From Occultella glacieicola (GTDB taxonomy: Bacteria; Actinomycetota; Actinomycetes; Actinomycetales; Beutenbergiaceae), in contig NZ_SMNA01000017.1 of assembly GCF_004353825.1 (NCBI RefSeq), forward strand, positions 1 to 60,481: a DNA stretch of 60,481 nucleotides, read 5' to 3'. A program made the translations under genes and the position numbers. Shown in pieces: positions 17,374 to 28,512 of this stretch; position 1 is the first letter of the stretch, and every line of letters starts with the position of its first letter. The notes below the pieces were generated by a model. It made no database searches. It was given only the letters and a program-made list of their open reading frames with translations, and was not told the origin of the DNA.

Positions 17374-18160
17374 CCTGCACCACCACCTTCCGGGCCCCGA
17401 CCTCGAACACCACGCGACCGATCACGAGCAGGCCGATCGCCCAGGCGACCTGCTCACCGAGCAGGATGAACGCCTCCGGCCCGTCGGCCCGGCCCATGAT
17501 GATGTCGATCGGGTGCTGCAGCATCGCCGGGAACGGCGTCCACGCCGCGATCGTCGCCAGCCAGGGCGGGAACCAGTGCACCGGGACGACCAGGCCGCAG
17601 AGGAGGTTGGAGGCGACCAGGTAGAGCGTCGTCACCCCGCGCAGCTCGAGGAGCCAGAAGGCCGCCAGATTCATGAGCCAGCGGCACGCGAACGACACCA
17701 CGACGGCGAGGGTCACCGAGACGAGGCCGAGCAGGTAGGGGAGAGCCTCGGCGGGCAGTGCCAGTCCGGTCACGAGCGCGCCGACCAGCAGCGGTGGCGC
17801 ACCTCGTGGTAGGAGTTGGAACGCGGCCCGGCCCAGATCCGCGGCGAGATAGCCGGCCTGAGGGTCGATCGGGCGAGCCAGGTCGATGGCGATGTCGCCG
17901 GTCCGGATCCGCTCCGCGAGCTCGGTCCAGGTGAACACGTTCACGGGGCCGATCAGGGCCTGGGCGAGCCAGGCGTAGGTCGCACCGGTGAGCGCGTCGT
18001 AGCCCGCCAGCGTGCCGCCCGCGGCCCCGATCGCCCCCATGGTGATGGCCGCCTTGATGAGGCCGAACACCGAGTTCGTGAACGCCCCGGCGGCGGCTGC
18101 GGAGCGGTACGCGGACCACCTGCGCCAGCCGAGACCGGCGTAGACGGCGAGTGCGGACAC
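17366..18160 (-). CDS. ABC-2 family transporter permease
   Basis: Multiple TM segments, IRTGDIAIDLARP, C-terminal VVQGG. Confidence 0.85.
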   Translation of the reverse strand: MSALAVYAGLGWRRWSAYRSAAAAGAFTNSVFGLIKAAITMGAIGAAGGTLAGYDALTGATYAWLAQALIGPVNVFTWTELAERIRTGDIAIDLARPIDPQAGYLAADLGRAAFQLLPRGAPPLLVGALVTGLALPAEALPYLLGLVSVTLAVVVSFACRWLMNLAAFWLLELRGVTTLYLVASNLLCGLVVPVHWFPPWLATIAAWTPFPAMLQHPIDIIMGRADGPEAFILLGEQVAWAIGLLVIGRVVFEVGARKVVVQGG

Positions 18161-18195
18161 AAGAGCGAGAACTTACTCGCGCCCCCGGACGGGCG

Positions 18196-18972
18196 TCAAG
18201 GCCCGGCTCCCTCCTGGGGCGATGCCCCGTGCGCGGCCCAGCTGGTCGGCACGACCCCCGCCGCCTCGAGGCGCGCCCGCAGCAGGCCGTCCCGGAGCAG
18301 TTCGAACTCCCAGACGCGCTTGGCGCCCAGTCCGTCGATCTCGGCGACGGCCGGATGCAGGAAGAACTCGCTGACCCCGGCCGGGAGCGTCCCCACGGCA
18401 GCGGCGTAGGTGCGTGCCGCGTCCCGCGGGCCGTCGATCGCCGCCACTGGCCGCGGGTCGGTGTGGATCGTCTCCGGAAGCCGGACCCCGGAGTCGTCCG
18501 CCAGGGCGACGGCGAGCCGATGTGCGGCAGGTGCTCCGGTGCCGTCGGGCAGACGTCTGGGCAACCGGAGCGGCAGGCGGTGCCGGGCGGCCACGGCGAT
18601 GGCCTCCATGAGGACCCCGCCCGGCCGGGTCGCCTCCGGGCCAAGGCCGTAGAGAGCCTCCGTGTGCAGGTCGAGGTGGGTGGGCGGAGCGGCGCGGGTG
18701 CGCATCCAGTCCACCTGGTCCTCGATCGCGGCCTCGATCTCGGCGTGGCCCGCCGTGGCGAGCCAGGCCGGCTCGAACTCCACGTGGAGCCCGACGGCGA
18801 TCGGCAGTTCGAGCTCGAGGGCCGCCTGTGCGTGGTCCCGCCCGACCAGCAACGAGGTCGCCGTGACGGTGCCGGACGCGGCCAACTCCGCGACGGCGTC
18901 GTTGACCGCGGGGGACAGGCCCAGGTCGTCCGCGGTGATGATGGCACGGATGGCACGGACGTCTCCGCTCAT
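18196..18972 (-). CDS. ChbG/YdjC (HpnK)-family carbohydrate deacetylase
   Basis: IITADDLG, VGLHV, THLDLH, EFFLHP; ATG overlaps the MFS stop (ATGA). Confidence 0.8.
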   Translation of the reverse strand: MSGDVRAIRAIITADDLGLSPAVNDAVAELAASGTVTATSLLVGRDHAQAALELELPIAVGLHVEFEPAWLATAGHAEIEAAIEDQVDWMRTRAAPPTHLDLHTEALYGLGPEATRPGGVLMEAIAVAARHRLPLRLPRRLPDGTGAPAAHRLAVALADDSGVRLPETIHTDPRPVAAIDGPRDAARTYAAAVGTLPAGVSEFFLHPAVAEIDGLGAKRVWEFELLRDGLLRARLEAAGVVPTSWAAHGASPQEGAGP

Positions 18973-20498
18973 GCGCGGGGAGGCTCGCCGGCCTGACGGG
19001 GCGCGGCGGGCGGGTCGTCGTCGCTCACCCGGGCGCCGGTGTTCGGGTCGTGGACCGCCGCCGCCTCTGCGACCTCCGCGCCGGCGGGGCCATCGATGGT
19101 CCCCGTCGGGACGATCTCGGCTGCTGCGCCGCGGTCGAACCGGACGAACCGGGACAGGATCGCGGCGCAGGTCACCAGGACGAACGGGAAGGTGGAGAGC
19201 AGGAACCGGGCCGCCTCGTCCGGGCGAGTGCCCGTGTCGTCGCCGCTGTGGAACCCGAACAGGGCGGCCACGGCGAGGAAGCCGAGGGACTTCACGAACG
19301 CGTTCAGCCGGTTGAAGAAGCCGAACGCGGACAGGAACATGCCCTCCCGGCGGACCCCGGTGCGCGCGGTGTCCTCGTCGAGGAGTCTGGCCACGATCAG
19401 GTCCATGGTGGCCATCACCCCGCTGTAGCCGAGGCCGACCAGGGCTCCGCAGACGATCGCGGTGGCCAGCGAGTTCGCCAGCGACATCGACGCCAGCGCG
19501 AGCGCGAGCACGATCAGGGCGATCCGCCAGATCGGTTCCGGGCCGTACCGCCGGACCAGCCGGGTCCACAGCAGCAGGCACATGGCGGAGATGCCGATGA
19601 CCGTGGCGAGCAGGTACGTGGCGTTGCCCTCGGGCAGGCGCAGCGTGTACTTGACGAAGAACGCGACGGCGGCGATCACCAGCGCCATGCCGGCGGAGTA
19701 GAGCCCGCTGGTGACGGCGATCAGCCAGAACTTCCGGTTCGCGACGATGACCCGCAGCGAGTCGAGCAGCCGAGGCTGCTCGGCGGACAGGGCCCGTGGA
19801 TCCTCACGGGCACCGAGCGCGCAGAAGATGATCACCACGGCCGCGACGGCCCCGAAGATCATGGCCGTCCGGGAGTAGCCGATCGCGGTCGTGATCATCG
19901 GGGTCAGCGCCACCGAGATGATCATCGCGACCAGCTGGAAGCCCTGCCGGAGCGAGTTCGCGACCGCGCGGCGGCGCTCGTTCGGGAACAGTTCCGGCAG
20001 CAGAGCACCGTAGTTGGCGTTCACAAGGGAGTCGGAGGTACCGGTCAGCACGGTGAAGACGGCGAACCAGACGATCAGGGTGGTGCCCTCGAGGCCGGTG
20101 GGCGGCGAGAAGAACAGGATGAACGAGATCGCGAGGATCGGTGCGGCCAGGATCATCCACGGGCGGCGGCGGCCCCACCGGCTCCGGGTCCGGTCGGAGA
20201 GATAGCCGTAGACCGGGTTGTCGATCGCGTCGATGACCGCGTAGACGCCCATGACCGCCGCGTAGGCGCGCCCGTCCATGCCGAGTTCGACGATGTAGAA
20301 GTACGCCATGAAGGCCGTGAACATGTTGATCGGGATCGACGTGCCGAACATCCCGACCGCGTAGCGGGCCGGCGGGGTGCCCGGTCGTCCGGAGGTCTCG
20401 GGCAGCCCGGTCGGGCGGGCTCCCGCGGGCGTCCCCGGCATCGGCGCGACCGCCGTCGCGGACTCGACCGCGCCGTCGTGATCGCCGTGTGTCGTCAT
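18969..20498 (-). CDS. MFS transporter, glycoside-pentoside-hexuronide (MelB-like) family
   Basis: DAIDNPVYGYLSDRTRSRWGRRRPW, RREGMF, about 12 TM segments. Confidence 0.9.
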   Translation of the reverse strand: MTTHGDHDGAVESATAVAPMPGTPAGARPTGLPETSGRPGTPPARYAVGMFGTSIPINMFTAFMAYFYIVELGMDGRAYAAVMGVYAVIDAIDNPVYGYLSDRTRSRWGRRRPWMILAAPILAISFILFFSPPTGLEGTTLIVWFAVFTVLTGTSDSLVNANYGALLPELFPNERRRAVANSLRQGFQLVAMIISVALTPMITTAIGYSRTAMIFGAVAAVVIIFCALGAREDPRALSAEQPRLLDSLRVIVANRKFWLIAVTSGLYSAGMALVIAAVAFFVKYTLRLPEGNATYLLATVIGISAMCLLLWTRLVRRYGPEPIWRIALIVLALALASMSLANSLATAIVCGALVGLGYSGVMATMDLIVARLLDEDTARTGVRREGMFLSAFGFFNRLNAFVKSLGFLAVAALFGFHSGDDTGTRPDEAARFLLSTFPFVLVTCAAILSRFVRFDRGAAAEIVPTGTIDGPAGAEVAEAAAVHDPNTGARVSDDDPPAAPRQAGEPPRA

Positions 20499-20693
20499 CG
20501 TCGACCCCTTCTCCTGCCGTTCCCGCCACCTGCGAGCGGCCGACCGTCACCTGCCTCGAGCGTAGTGCGCGTCCGGAACGTGGACTCCGCGAACGAGGTC
20601 CCACCATGAACCTCCGATCGGCGCTAGGTTGGTGCCGCAGACCAGCGGCCGGGTCGGTGGAGGGTGTTTCGCACCACACCATGCCGCCCGCCT

Positions 20694-20723
20694 TTGACGC
20701 CCTCGTCGCGCGGAGAGTACTCT
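20694..20723 (+). promoter_or_regulatory. Promoter of the str operon
   Basis: TTGACG-18 bp-TACTCT, about 300 nt upstream of rpsL. Confidence 0.6.
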
Positions 20724-20905
20724 GGTCGGCAGTGCCCGCTCTGTCGGGCTCTCGCGTGCGCGCTCCTCACCAGGCCGCGGCTCCGAAGGGGGCTCGACCA
20801 AGGACGAGCGTGCGGTGGGTTCGCCCCCGTCCGGCACGCACACCGACCACCACTACATCCCGTGATGGGCCTGTGATGGGCGAGGTGTGTGTGAAGAACC
20901 GGGGC

Positions 20906-20928
20906 CGACACGCCCGAGCGCGGGGGTC
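20906..20928 (+). repeat. 23-nt leader element, copy 1 (rpsL leader)
   Basis: CGACACGCCCGAGCGCGGGGGTC, identical to 26431-26453. Confidence 0.85.
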
Positions 20929-21024
20929 ACGTCGGGGTGGAATACGCCGGGCGCGAGCAGTGTTCCGGTCCTGATCGGCACCCCGATCACCAACGAGCAG
21001 TCAGACTTTCGAGACGGAGATGTA

Positions 21025-21399
21025 GTGCCCACCATTCAGCAGCTGGTCCGCAAGGGTCGCAGCGCCAAGGTCGGCAAGACCAAGACGCCTGCCCTCAAGG
21101 GCAGCCCCCAGCGTCGCGGCGTGTGCACCCGCGTGTACACGACGACCCCCAAGAAGCCGAACTCGGCCCTGCGCAAGGTTGCCCGCGTGAAGCTGTCCAG
21201 CCAGATCGAGGTCACGGCCTACATCCCCGGCGTCGGTCACAACCTGCAGGAGCACTCCATCGTGCTCGTGCGCGGTGGCCGTGTGAAGGACCTCCCGGGT
21301 GTCCGTTACAAGATCGTGCGTGGCGCCCTCGACACCCAGGGCGTTCGCGGCCGTCAGCAGGCTCGCAGCCGCTACGGCGCGAAGAAGGAGAAGAAGTAA
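21025..21399 (+). CDS. rpsL: 30S ribosomal protein S12
   Basis: [31 protein letters not shown] start after GGAGA. Confidence 0.99.
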   Translation: MPTIQQLVRKGRSAKVGKTKTPALKGSPQRRGVCTRVYTTTPKKPNSALRKVARVKLSSQIEVTAYIPGVGHNLQEHSIVLVRGGRVKDLPGVRYKIVRGALDTQGVRGRQQARSRYGAKKEKK

Positions 21400-21869
21400 T
21401 GCCTCGTAAGGGTCCGGCCCCGAAGCGGCCGCTCGCGATCGATCCCGTCTACGGCTCGCCGACGGTCACCCAGCTGGTGAACCGGGTGCTGCTGGACGGC
21501 AAGAAGTCCACCGCCGAGCGGATCGTCTACGGCGCCCTCGAGGGCGTCCGCGAGAAGACGCAGTCCGACCCGGCGGTCGTGCTCAAGCGCGCGTTGGAGA
21601 ACGTCCGTCCGACCCTCGAGGTCCGGTCCCGCCGCGTCGGCGGTGCGACGTACCAGGTGCCGATCGAGGTCCGCGCCTCGCGTCAGACCACGCTGGCCCT
21701 GCGGTGGCTCGTCGACTACGCGCGCGCCCGCCGCGAGAAGACGATGACCGAGCGACTCATGAACGAGATCCTCGACGCCTCGAACGGCCTCGGTGCCGCG
21801 GTCAAGCGCCGCGAGGACACCCACAAGATGGCCGAGTCGAACAAGGCCTTCGCGCACTACCGCTGGTAG
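21399..21869 (+). CDS. rpsG: 30S ribosomal protein S7
   Basis: [31 protein letters not shown]. Confidence 0.99.
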   Translation: MPRKGPAPKRPLAIDPVYGSPTVTQLVNRVLLDGKKSTAERIVYGALEGVREKTQSDPAVVLKRALENVRPTLEVRSRRVGGATYQVPIEVRASRQTTLALRWLVDYARARREKTMTERLMNEILDASNGLGAAVKRREDTHKMAESNKAFAHYRW

Positions 21870-21947
21870 TCGACCCGGTCGTGGCGCCGGCACCCCCGGC
21901 GCCATGACCCACCTGATCACGCTCGTATCGACCAGAAGAGAGCAACT

Positions 21948-24062
21948 GTGGCACTCGACGTGCTGACCGACCTCACCAAGGTCCGCAACATCGGCATCAT
22001 GGCCCACATCGACGCCGGCAAGACCACCACCACGGAACGGATCCTGTTCTACACGGGGGTCAACCACAAGCTCGGTGAGACGCACGACGGTGCGTCGACC
22101 ACCGACTGGATGGAGCAGGAGAAGGAACGCGGCATCACGATCACCTCCGCCGCGGTGACCTCCTTCTGGAACGGCAACCAGATCAACATCATCGACACCC
22201 CGGGCCACGTGGACTTCACGGTCGAGGTGGAGCGCTCGCTGCGCGTCCTCGACGGCGCCGTCGCCGTCTTCGACGGCAAGGAGGGCGTCGAGCCGCAGTC
22301 CGAGACGGTGTGGCGTCAGGCCGACAAGTACGACGTGCCGCGCATCTGCTTCGTCAACAAGATGGACAAGCTCGGTGCGGACTTCTACTACACGGTCGAC
22401 ACGATCATCAAGCGTCTCGGTGCCAAGCCGCTGGTCATGCAGCTGCCGATCGGCTCCGAGAGCGAATTCGTGGGCGTCGTCGACCTGGTCACGATGAAGG
22501 CGTTCGTGTGGCCGGGTGACGCCAAGGGTGACGTGAGCATGGGTGCCGCCTACGAGACCCGCGAGATCCCCGAGGACCTCCTCGAGCGCGCGCAGTCCTA
22601 CCGCGCCCAGCTGATCGAGGACGTCGCCGAGTCGTCCGACGAGCTCATGGAGAAGTTCCTGGAGGGCGAGGAGATCAGCAACTCCGAGCTCAAGGCCGGC
22701 ATCCGCAAGATGACGATCAACTCCGAGGCCTACCCCGTGTTCTGTGGCTCGGCCTTCAAGAACCGTGGCGTGCAGCCGATGCTGGACGCGGTCATCGACT
22801 ACCTGCCGTCCCCGATCGACGTGCCGCCGATGATCGGTCACGACCCGAAGGACGAGGCGGTCGAGCTGACCCGCGCGCCCTCGGAGGAGGAGCCGTTCTC
22901 CGCCCTCGCGTTCAAGATCGCGGCGCACCCGTTCTTCGGGACGCTGACGTTCATCCGCGTCTACTCCGGCGTCGCCCACCCCGGCGACCAGGTCATGAAC
23001 ACGACCAAGGGCCGCAAGGAGCGCATCGGGAAGCTGTTCCAGATGCACGCCAACAAGGAGAACCCGGTCGAGGAGGCCCACGCCGGCCACATCTACGCCG
23101 CGATCGGCCTCAAGGACACCACCACCGGTGACACCCTGTCGGCCCTCGATGCGCCGATCGTGCTCGAGTCGATGTCCTTCCCGGACCCGGTCATCTTCGT
23201 GGCCATCGAGCCGAAGACGAAGGGTGACCAGGAGAAGCTGTCCACGGCCATCCAGAAGCTCTCGGCCGAGGACCCGACGTTCACCGTCTCGCAGAACGAG
23301 GACACCGGCCAGACCGAGATCGGCGGCATGGGCGAGCTCCACCTGGACATCCTGGTGGACCGCATGCGTCGCGAGTTCCGCGTCGAGGCGAACGTCGGCA
23401 AGCCGCAGGTCGCCTACCGCGAGACGATCCGCCGCAAGGTGGAGAAGCTCGACTACACCCACAAGAAGCAGACCGGCGGCTCCGGCCAGTTCGCGAAGGT
23501 CCAGATGACCTTCGAGCCCCTCGACAGCGAGTCGGGCGAACTGTACGAGTTCGACAACAAGGTCACCGGTGGCCGCGTCCCGCGGGAGTACATCCCGAGC
23601 GTCGACGCCGGTGTGCAGGACGCCCTGCAGGTCGGCGTGCTCGCCGGCTACCCGCTCGTGGGTATCAAGGCCACCCTCCTGGACGGCGCGTACCACGACG
23701 TCGACTCCTCCGAGATGGCCTTCAAGATCGCCGGCTCGATGGCCCTCAAGGAAGGCGTCAAGCGCGCCGACCCGGTGCTGCTGGAGCCGGTCATGGACGT
23801 CGAGGTGCGCACGCCCGAGGAGTACATGGGCGACGTCATCGGCGACCTGAACTCCCGCCGTGGCCAGATCCAGTCGATGGAGGACGCCAGCGGCGTTAAG
23901 GTGGTTCGCGCCTTGGTGCCGTTGTCGGAGATGTTCGGCTACATCGGTGACCTGCGGTCCAAGACCCAGGGTCGTGCGGTGTACTCGATGCAGTTCAGCA
24001 ACTACGCCGAAGTGCCTCGGAATGTCTCCGAGGAGATCATCAAGAAGACCCGGGGCGAGTAG
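21948..24062 (+). CDS. fusA: Elongation factor G
   Basis: [34 protein letters not shown]. Confidence 0.99.
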   Translation: MALDVLTDLTKVRNIGIMAHIDAGKTTTTERILFYTGVNHKLGETHDGASTTDWMEQEKERGITITSAAVTSFWNGNQINIIDTPGHVDFTVEVERSLRVLDGAVAVFDGKEGVEPQSETVWRQADKYDVPRICFVNKMDKLGADFYYTVDTIIKRLGAKPLVMQLPIGSESEFVGVVDLVTMKAFVWPGDAKGDVSMGAAYETREIPEDLLERAQSYRAQLIEDVAESSDELMEKFLEGEEISNSELKAGIRKMTINSEAYPVFCGSAFKNRGVQPMLDAVIDYLPSPIDVPPMIGHDPKDEAVELTRAPSEEEPFSALAFKIAAHPFFGTLTFIRVYSGVAHPGDQVMNTTKGRKERIGKLFQMHANKENPVEEAHAGHIYAAIGLKDTTTGDTLSALDAPIVLESMSFPDPVIFVAIEPKTKGDQEKLSTAIQKLSAEDPTFTVSQNEDTGQTEIGGMGELHLDILVDRMRREFRVEANVGKPQVAYRETIRRKVEKLDYTHKKQTGGSGQFAKVQMTFEPLDSESGELYEFDNKVTGGRVPREYIPSVDAGVQDALQVGVLAGYPLVGIKATLLDGAYHDVDSSEMAFKIAGSMALKEGVKRADPVLLEPVMDVEVRTPEEYMGDVIGDLNSRRGQIQSMEDASGVKVVRALVPLSEMFGYIGDLRSKTQGRAVYSMQFSNYAEVPRNVSEEIIKKTRGE

Positions 24063-24185
24063 TCCCACAGGTCGACCCTGTTTCACCATCACCAAACCGA
24101 CCCGTAGGATCACTCAGTCTCAGTGGGGCGACAGCCAGTCACCTCAGATGCTGCGTATAACTACCCAAGTTCCAGGAGGAACCCA

Positions 24186-25376
24186 GTGGCGAAGGCCAAG
24201 TTCGAGCGGACCAAGCCGCACGTCAACATCGGCACGATCGGTCACGTCGACCACGGCAAGACGACGCTGACGGCTGCCATCTCCAAGGTGCTCGCTGACA
24301 AGTACCCGGACCTGAACGAGTTCACCCCGTTCGACCAGGTCGACAACGCTCCCGAGGAGCGTCAGCGCGGCATCACGATCAACGTCTCCCACGTGGAGTA
24401 CCAGACGGAGAAGCGCCACTACGCGCACGTTGACGCCCCCGGTCACGCTGACTACATCAAGAACATGATCACCGGTGCCGCGCAGATGGACGGCGCGATC
24501 CTGGTGGTCGCGGCGACCGACGGTCCGATGGCCCAGACGCGTGAGCACGTGCTGCTCGCCCGCCAGGTGGGTGTGCCCTACCTGCTCGTCGCGCTCAACA
24601 AGTCCGACATGGTCGACGACGAGGAGATCCTCGAGCTCGTCGAGATGGAGGTCCGCGAGCTGCTGTCGAGCCAGGAGTTCGACGGCGACGAGGCGCCGGT
24701 CGTGCGCGTCTCCGGTCTGAAGGCCCTCGAGGGCGACCCGGTCTGGGTCAAGTCCATCGAGGACCTCATGGAGGCCGTCGACGAGAACGTCCCGGACCCG
24801 GTCCGCGACATCGAGAAGCCCTTCCTCATGCCGATCGAGGACGTCTTCACCATCACCGGCCGCGGCACCGTCGTCACCGGTCGGGTGGAGCGTGGCCAGC
24901 TGAAGGTCAACGAGGAGGTGGAGATCGTCGGTATCCGCGCCCCGCAGAAGACGATCGTCACCGGCATCGAGATGTTCCGGAAGCTGCTCGACACCGCTGA
25001 CGCGGGCGAGAACGTCGGGCTGCTGCTGCGTGGCACGAAGCGTGAGGACGTCGAGCGCGGCCAGGTCGTCTCCAAGCCGGGTTCGATCACGCCGCACACC
25101 GACTTCGAGGCCCAGGTCTACATCCTGGCCAAGGACGAGGGCGGCCGTCACAACCCGTTCTACGCGAACTACCGTCCGCAGTTCTACTTCCGCACCACCG
25201 ACGTCACCGGCGTCATCACGCTGCCCGAGGGCACCGAGATGGTCATGCCGGGCGACAACACCGAGATGACGGTCGAGCTGATCCAGCCGATCGCCATGGA
25301 GGAGGGCCTCGGCTTCGCCATCCGTGAGGGTGGCCGGACCGTCGGCTCCGGTCGAGTGGTCAAGATCATCAAGTGA
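24186..25376 (+). CDS. tuf: Elongation factor Tu
   Basis: [34 protein letters not shown] after AGGAGG. Confidence 0.99.
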   Translation: MAKAKFERTKPHVNIGTIGHVDHGKTTLTAAISKVLADKYPDLNEFTPFDQVDNAPEERQRGITINVSHVEYQTEKRHYAHVDAPGHADYIKNMITGAAQMDGAILVVAATDGPMAQTREHVLLARQVGVPYLLVALNKSDMVDDEEILELVEMEVRELLSSQEFDGDEAPVVRVSGLKALEGDPVWVKSIEDLMEAVDENVPDPVRDIEKPFLMPIEDVFTITGRGTVVTGRVERGQLKVNEEVEIVGIRAPQKTIVTGIEMFRKLLDTADAGENVGLLLRGTKREDVERGQVVSKPGSITPHTDFEAQVYILAKDEGGRHNPFYANYRPQFYFRTTDVTGVITLPEGTEMVMPGDNTEMTVELIQPIAMEEGLGFAIREGGRTVGSGRVVKIIK

Positions 25377-25409
25377 TCCACCGCCGGGCGCGAGCCCGGC
25401 GCGGGACAT

Positions 25410-25450
25410 GACGAAGGGCCCGACGGCGTCACGCCGGCGGGCCCTTCGTC
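25410..25450 (+). terminator. Hairpin terminator after tuf
   Basis: GACGAAGGGCCCG...CGGGCCCTTCGTC. Confidence 0.7.
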
Positions 25451-25568
25451 GTCCCCGCTCGGGCCCGAGCGGCCGCCGGGACCGGTGGTTGCCGGGCGCT
25501 CCGGACGTGGCAGAGGTCCCCATGTCCCCGCGACCGGCCGGGCCCGGGTGCCGGATAGGCTGGTCCGC

Positions 25569-25940
25569 ATGGGATGGTTCACACAGGGGAATGACGCCAA
25601 GGGTCCGACGCCAGCCGAGGCGGAGGCGCTGTGGGACGCCGAGGCGCCTGAGGCCGGGCCGGGTGCGGCCACGCTGAAGCTCACCGACGCGTTCCAGGTG
25701 CCCGGCAGCGGTGTCGTGTTCACCGGTCGCGTCGAGAGCGGCACGTTCCGGGTCGGCCAGCAGGTCATCGTCACGGGGAGGTCGGGCTTCGCCCGCGGTA
25801 CCATCGGCGACATCTCGCTCGGCCAGGAGCGGCCCGCGTCCGTGGGCGCCGGCAAGTACATCAGCTTCAACGTGGCGAACCTGAGCCTGCGGGTCGAGAT
25901 CCTCGGGCTGGACGAGAACGCGAAGATCGTCGGTCTCTGA
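25569..25940 (+). CDS. Small protein (123 aa) resembling a stand-alone EF-Tu/EF-1A domain II
   Basis: [31 protein letters not shown] aligns by eye to EF-Tu domain [41 protein letters not shown] -10 lies 7 nt before the ATG. Confidence 0.75.
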   Translation: MGWFTQGNDAKGPTPAEAEALWDAEAPEAGPGAATLKLTDAFQVPGSGVVFTGRVESGTFRVGQQVIVTGRSGFARGTIGDISLGQERPASVGAGKYISFNVANLSLRVEILGLDENAKIVGL

Positions 25941-26430
25941 GCCGCGCCGCTGGACGGCGGACGCGGTCCGAGGGCGGCCTCCGGGCCGACGGCGATGTCG
26001 AACTCGGCCGCCGTCCGTCCCGCGTTCCCGGCTCGTGCCCGGCGGGACCGGCTCGCGTCCGGGCGAGCCCTCCCGTGCGGCCTCGAGTCCTGCTGGTACG
26101 GTGACGGAGGCCATCCGAGGGGTGCGGCCCCCGGCCGACGTGACCTCCGGCGTCGGGCCGTGTGGTGCAGGCCACCGGTGCCCGAGTTGGGATCTGCCCA
26201 TGACCTGTGGCAGACTGTTCAGGTTGCCTCGTGCGAGGGGTGCAGGACACGCGTGTGCGTGGGTCGGAGGTTTCCGGCCGGGCGCAGACACGACGAGTCC
26301 GGCCATCGACGCGGCAGCCGACCCAGACCGATCCGATTTGACTGGCCCGCGGGGCAGGCGAACGGATCACACAAGTCATCTTCCGACCCAACACCAACCG
26401 GTGTACGGCGGTGGGGTGCGCCGCACAGCG

Positions 26431-26453
26431 CGACACGCCCGAGCGCGGGGGTC
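26431..26453 (+). repeat. 23-nt leader element, copy 2 (rpsJ leader)
   Basis: Identical to 20906-20928. Confidence 0.85.
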
Positions 26454-26490
26454 GGTCAGTTGGTACTAAGAGAGAGAGTCAGACGACGCC

Positions 26491-26799
26491 ATGGCGGGAC
26501 AAAAGATCCGCATCCGGCTCAAGTCCTACGACCACGAGGTCATCGACAGTTCGGCGCGCAAGATCGTCGACACGGTGACTCGCGCTGGTGCGACGGTCGT
26601 GGGCCCGGTGCCGCTGCCAACCGAGAAGAACGTGTTCTGCGTCATCCGTTCTCCGCACAAGTACAAGGACAGCCGCGAGCACTTCGAGATGCGCACGCAC
26701 AAGCGGCTGATCGACATCGTGGACCCGACGCCGAAGGCCGTGGACTCGCTCATGCGACTCGACCTGCCGGCCGACGTCAACATCGAGATCAAGCTCTGA
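26491..26799 (+). CDS. rpsJ: 30S ribosomal protein S10
   Basis: [35 protein letters not shown]. Confidence 0.99.
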   Translation: MAGQKIRIRLKSYDHEVIDSSARKIVDTVTRAGATVVGPVPLPTEKNVFCVIRSPHKYKDSREHFEMRTHKRLIDIVDPTPKAVDSLMRLDLPADVNIEIKL

Positions 26800-26809
26800 G
26801 GACTCAGTC

Positions 26810-27475
26810 ATGACTTCTACTCCCCAGCAGTCCGAGCGCGCCGTCAAGGCGATCCTCGGCACGAAGCTCGGCATGACCCAGGTGTGGGACGACGCCGGTC
26901 GTCAGCTCCCGGTCACCGTCGTGCAGGTGGGCACCAACGTCGTGACCCAGATCCGCACGGTGGATAAGGACGGCTACTCCGCTGTCCAGCTCGGCTTCGG
27001 CCAGATCGACCCGCGGAAGGTCACCCAGCCCCTCCGGGTGCGCGCCGACAAGGCGGGCGTGACCCCGCGCCGGCACGCAGCCGAGTTCCGCACCTCCGAC
27101 GCCGAGTCCTACGAGGTCGGCCAGGAACTGACCGCGGAGACGTTCGAGGCCGGTGCCCTGGTCGACGTGATCGGCACCACCAAGGGCAAGGGCACCGCCG
27201 GTGTCATGAAGCGGCACGGCTTCTCCGGGGTGGGCGCCTCCCACGGTGCGCACCGCAACCACCGCAAGCCGGGCTCGATCGGTGGGGCCTCTACCCCGTC
27301 GCGCGTGTTCAAGGGCCTGCGCATGGCCGGCCGGATGGGCCACGACCGCCAGACCACCCAGAGCCTGACCATCCACGCCGTGGACGCCGAGAAGGGCCTG
27401 GTGCTGATCACCGGCGCCGTCCCCGGTCCCAAGGGCGGACTGGTCGTCGTTCGCACCGCCGTGAAGGGGGCGTGA
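26810..27475 (+). CDS. rplC: 50S ribosomal protein L3
   Basis: [27 protein letters not shown]. Confidence 0.98.
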   Translation: MTSTPQQSERAVKAILGTKLGMTQVWDDAGRQLPVTVVQVGTNVVTQIRTVDKDGYSAVQLGFGQIDPRKVTQPLRVRADKAGVTPRRHAAEFRTSDAESYEVGQELTAETFEAGALVDVIGTTKGKGTAGVMKRHGFSGVGASHGAHRNHRKPGSIGGASTPSRVFKGLRMAGRMGHDRQTTQSLTIHAVDAEKGLVLITGAVPGPKGGLVVVRTAVKGA

Positions 27476-27480
27476 GAGTC

Positions 27481-28173
27481 ATGACCGACGCAACCGTGAT
27501 CGACGTCATCGACGCCAAGGGCAAGAAGTCCGGGTCGGTGGATCTCCCCGCTGAGATCTTCGACGTCCAGACCAACGTGCCGCTGATCCACCAGGTCGTC
27601 GTCGCCCAGCTCGCGGCGGCCCGCCAGGGGACGCACAAGACCAAGACCCGCGGAGAGGTCCGCGGCGGTGGTCGCAAGCCCTACAAGCAGAAGGGCACCG
27701 GCCGCGCCCGTCAGGGCTCGACCCGCGCGCCGCAGTTCGCCGGCGGTGGCATCGTCCACGGGCCGGTTCCGCGCGACTACAGCCAGCGGACCCCCAAGAA
27801 GATGAAGGCCGCCGCCCTGCGCGGTGCGCTCTCCGACCGCGCTCGCGCCGGCCGCCTGCACGTGGTGAGTTCCTTCGTGACCGGCGACACGCCGTCGACC
27901 GCCACCGCGGTGTCGGTACTCGTCGGGGTCGCCTCCTCGCGCCACGTCCTCGTGGTGCTCGAGCGAGCGGACGAGCTCAGCTGGAAGAGCCTGCGCAACG
28001 TGCCCTCGGTGCACCTGATCTACCCGGACCAGCTCAACACCTACGACGTGCTGGTGAGCGACGACGTGGTCTTCACGTCGGGCGCCTACGAGGCATTCGT
28101 GGCCGGCCCCGCAGCGGGCCGTGGCGCGACCGCCGTCGCCAGCTCTGCCGAGGTCGAGGAGGAGCAGAAGTGA
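27481..28173 (+). CDS. rplD: 50S ribosomal protein L4
   Basis: [33 protein letters not shown]. Confidence 0.98.
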   Translation: MTDATVIDVIDAKGKKSGSVDLPAEIFDVQTNVPLIHQVVVAQLAAARQGTHKTKTRGEVRGGGRKPYKQKGTGRARQGSTRAPQFAGGGIVHGPVPRDYSQRTPKKMKAAALRGALSDRARAGRLHVVSSFVTGDTPSTATAVSVLVGVASSRHVLVVLERADELSWKSLRNVPSVHLIYPDQLNTYDVLVSDDVVFTSGAYEAFVAGPAAGRGATAVASSAEVEEEQK

Positions 28174-28472
28174 GCGCAGCACTCAAGGACCCGCGCGACG
28201 TCGTGATCTCCCCGGTCGTCTCCGAGAAGAGCTACAACCTTCTCGACGAGGGCAAGTACACCTTCGTGGTGGACCCGCGCTCGAACAAGACCGAGATCAA
28301 GATCGCCATCGAGCAGATCTTCAACGTCAAGGTCGCGTCGGTGAACACGATCAACCGCAAGGGCAAGACGCGGCGCACGCGCTTCGGGATGGGCAAGCGC
28401 AAGGACACCAAGCGCGCCATCGTCACGTTGCGCGAGGGCAGCATCGACATCTTCGGCGGAGCGGTCGGCTGA
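28170..28472 (+). CDS. rplW: 50S ribosomal protein L23
   Basis: [24 protein letters not shown]. Confidence 0.98.
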   Translation: MSAALKDPRDVVISPVVSEKSYNLLDEGKYTFVVDPRSNKTEIKIAIEQIFNVKVASVNTINRKGKTRRTRFGMGKRKDTKRAIVTLREGSIDIFGGAVG

Positions 28473-28512
28473 CGCCGACTCTCGGACCAGAACAGATTGA
28501 GGATCTAATCCC

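Noticed and set aside
21025..21399. Possible streptomycin-resistance alleles in S12
   Set aside because: Both key lysines (PKKPNS, RVKDLP) are wild type
25569..25940. EF-Tu-like ORF as a tuf pseudogene fragment
   Set aside because: Similarity to the adjacent tuf is limited to motif residues, the frame is intact, and it has a distinct N-terminus and its own -10 element
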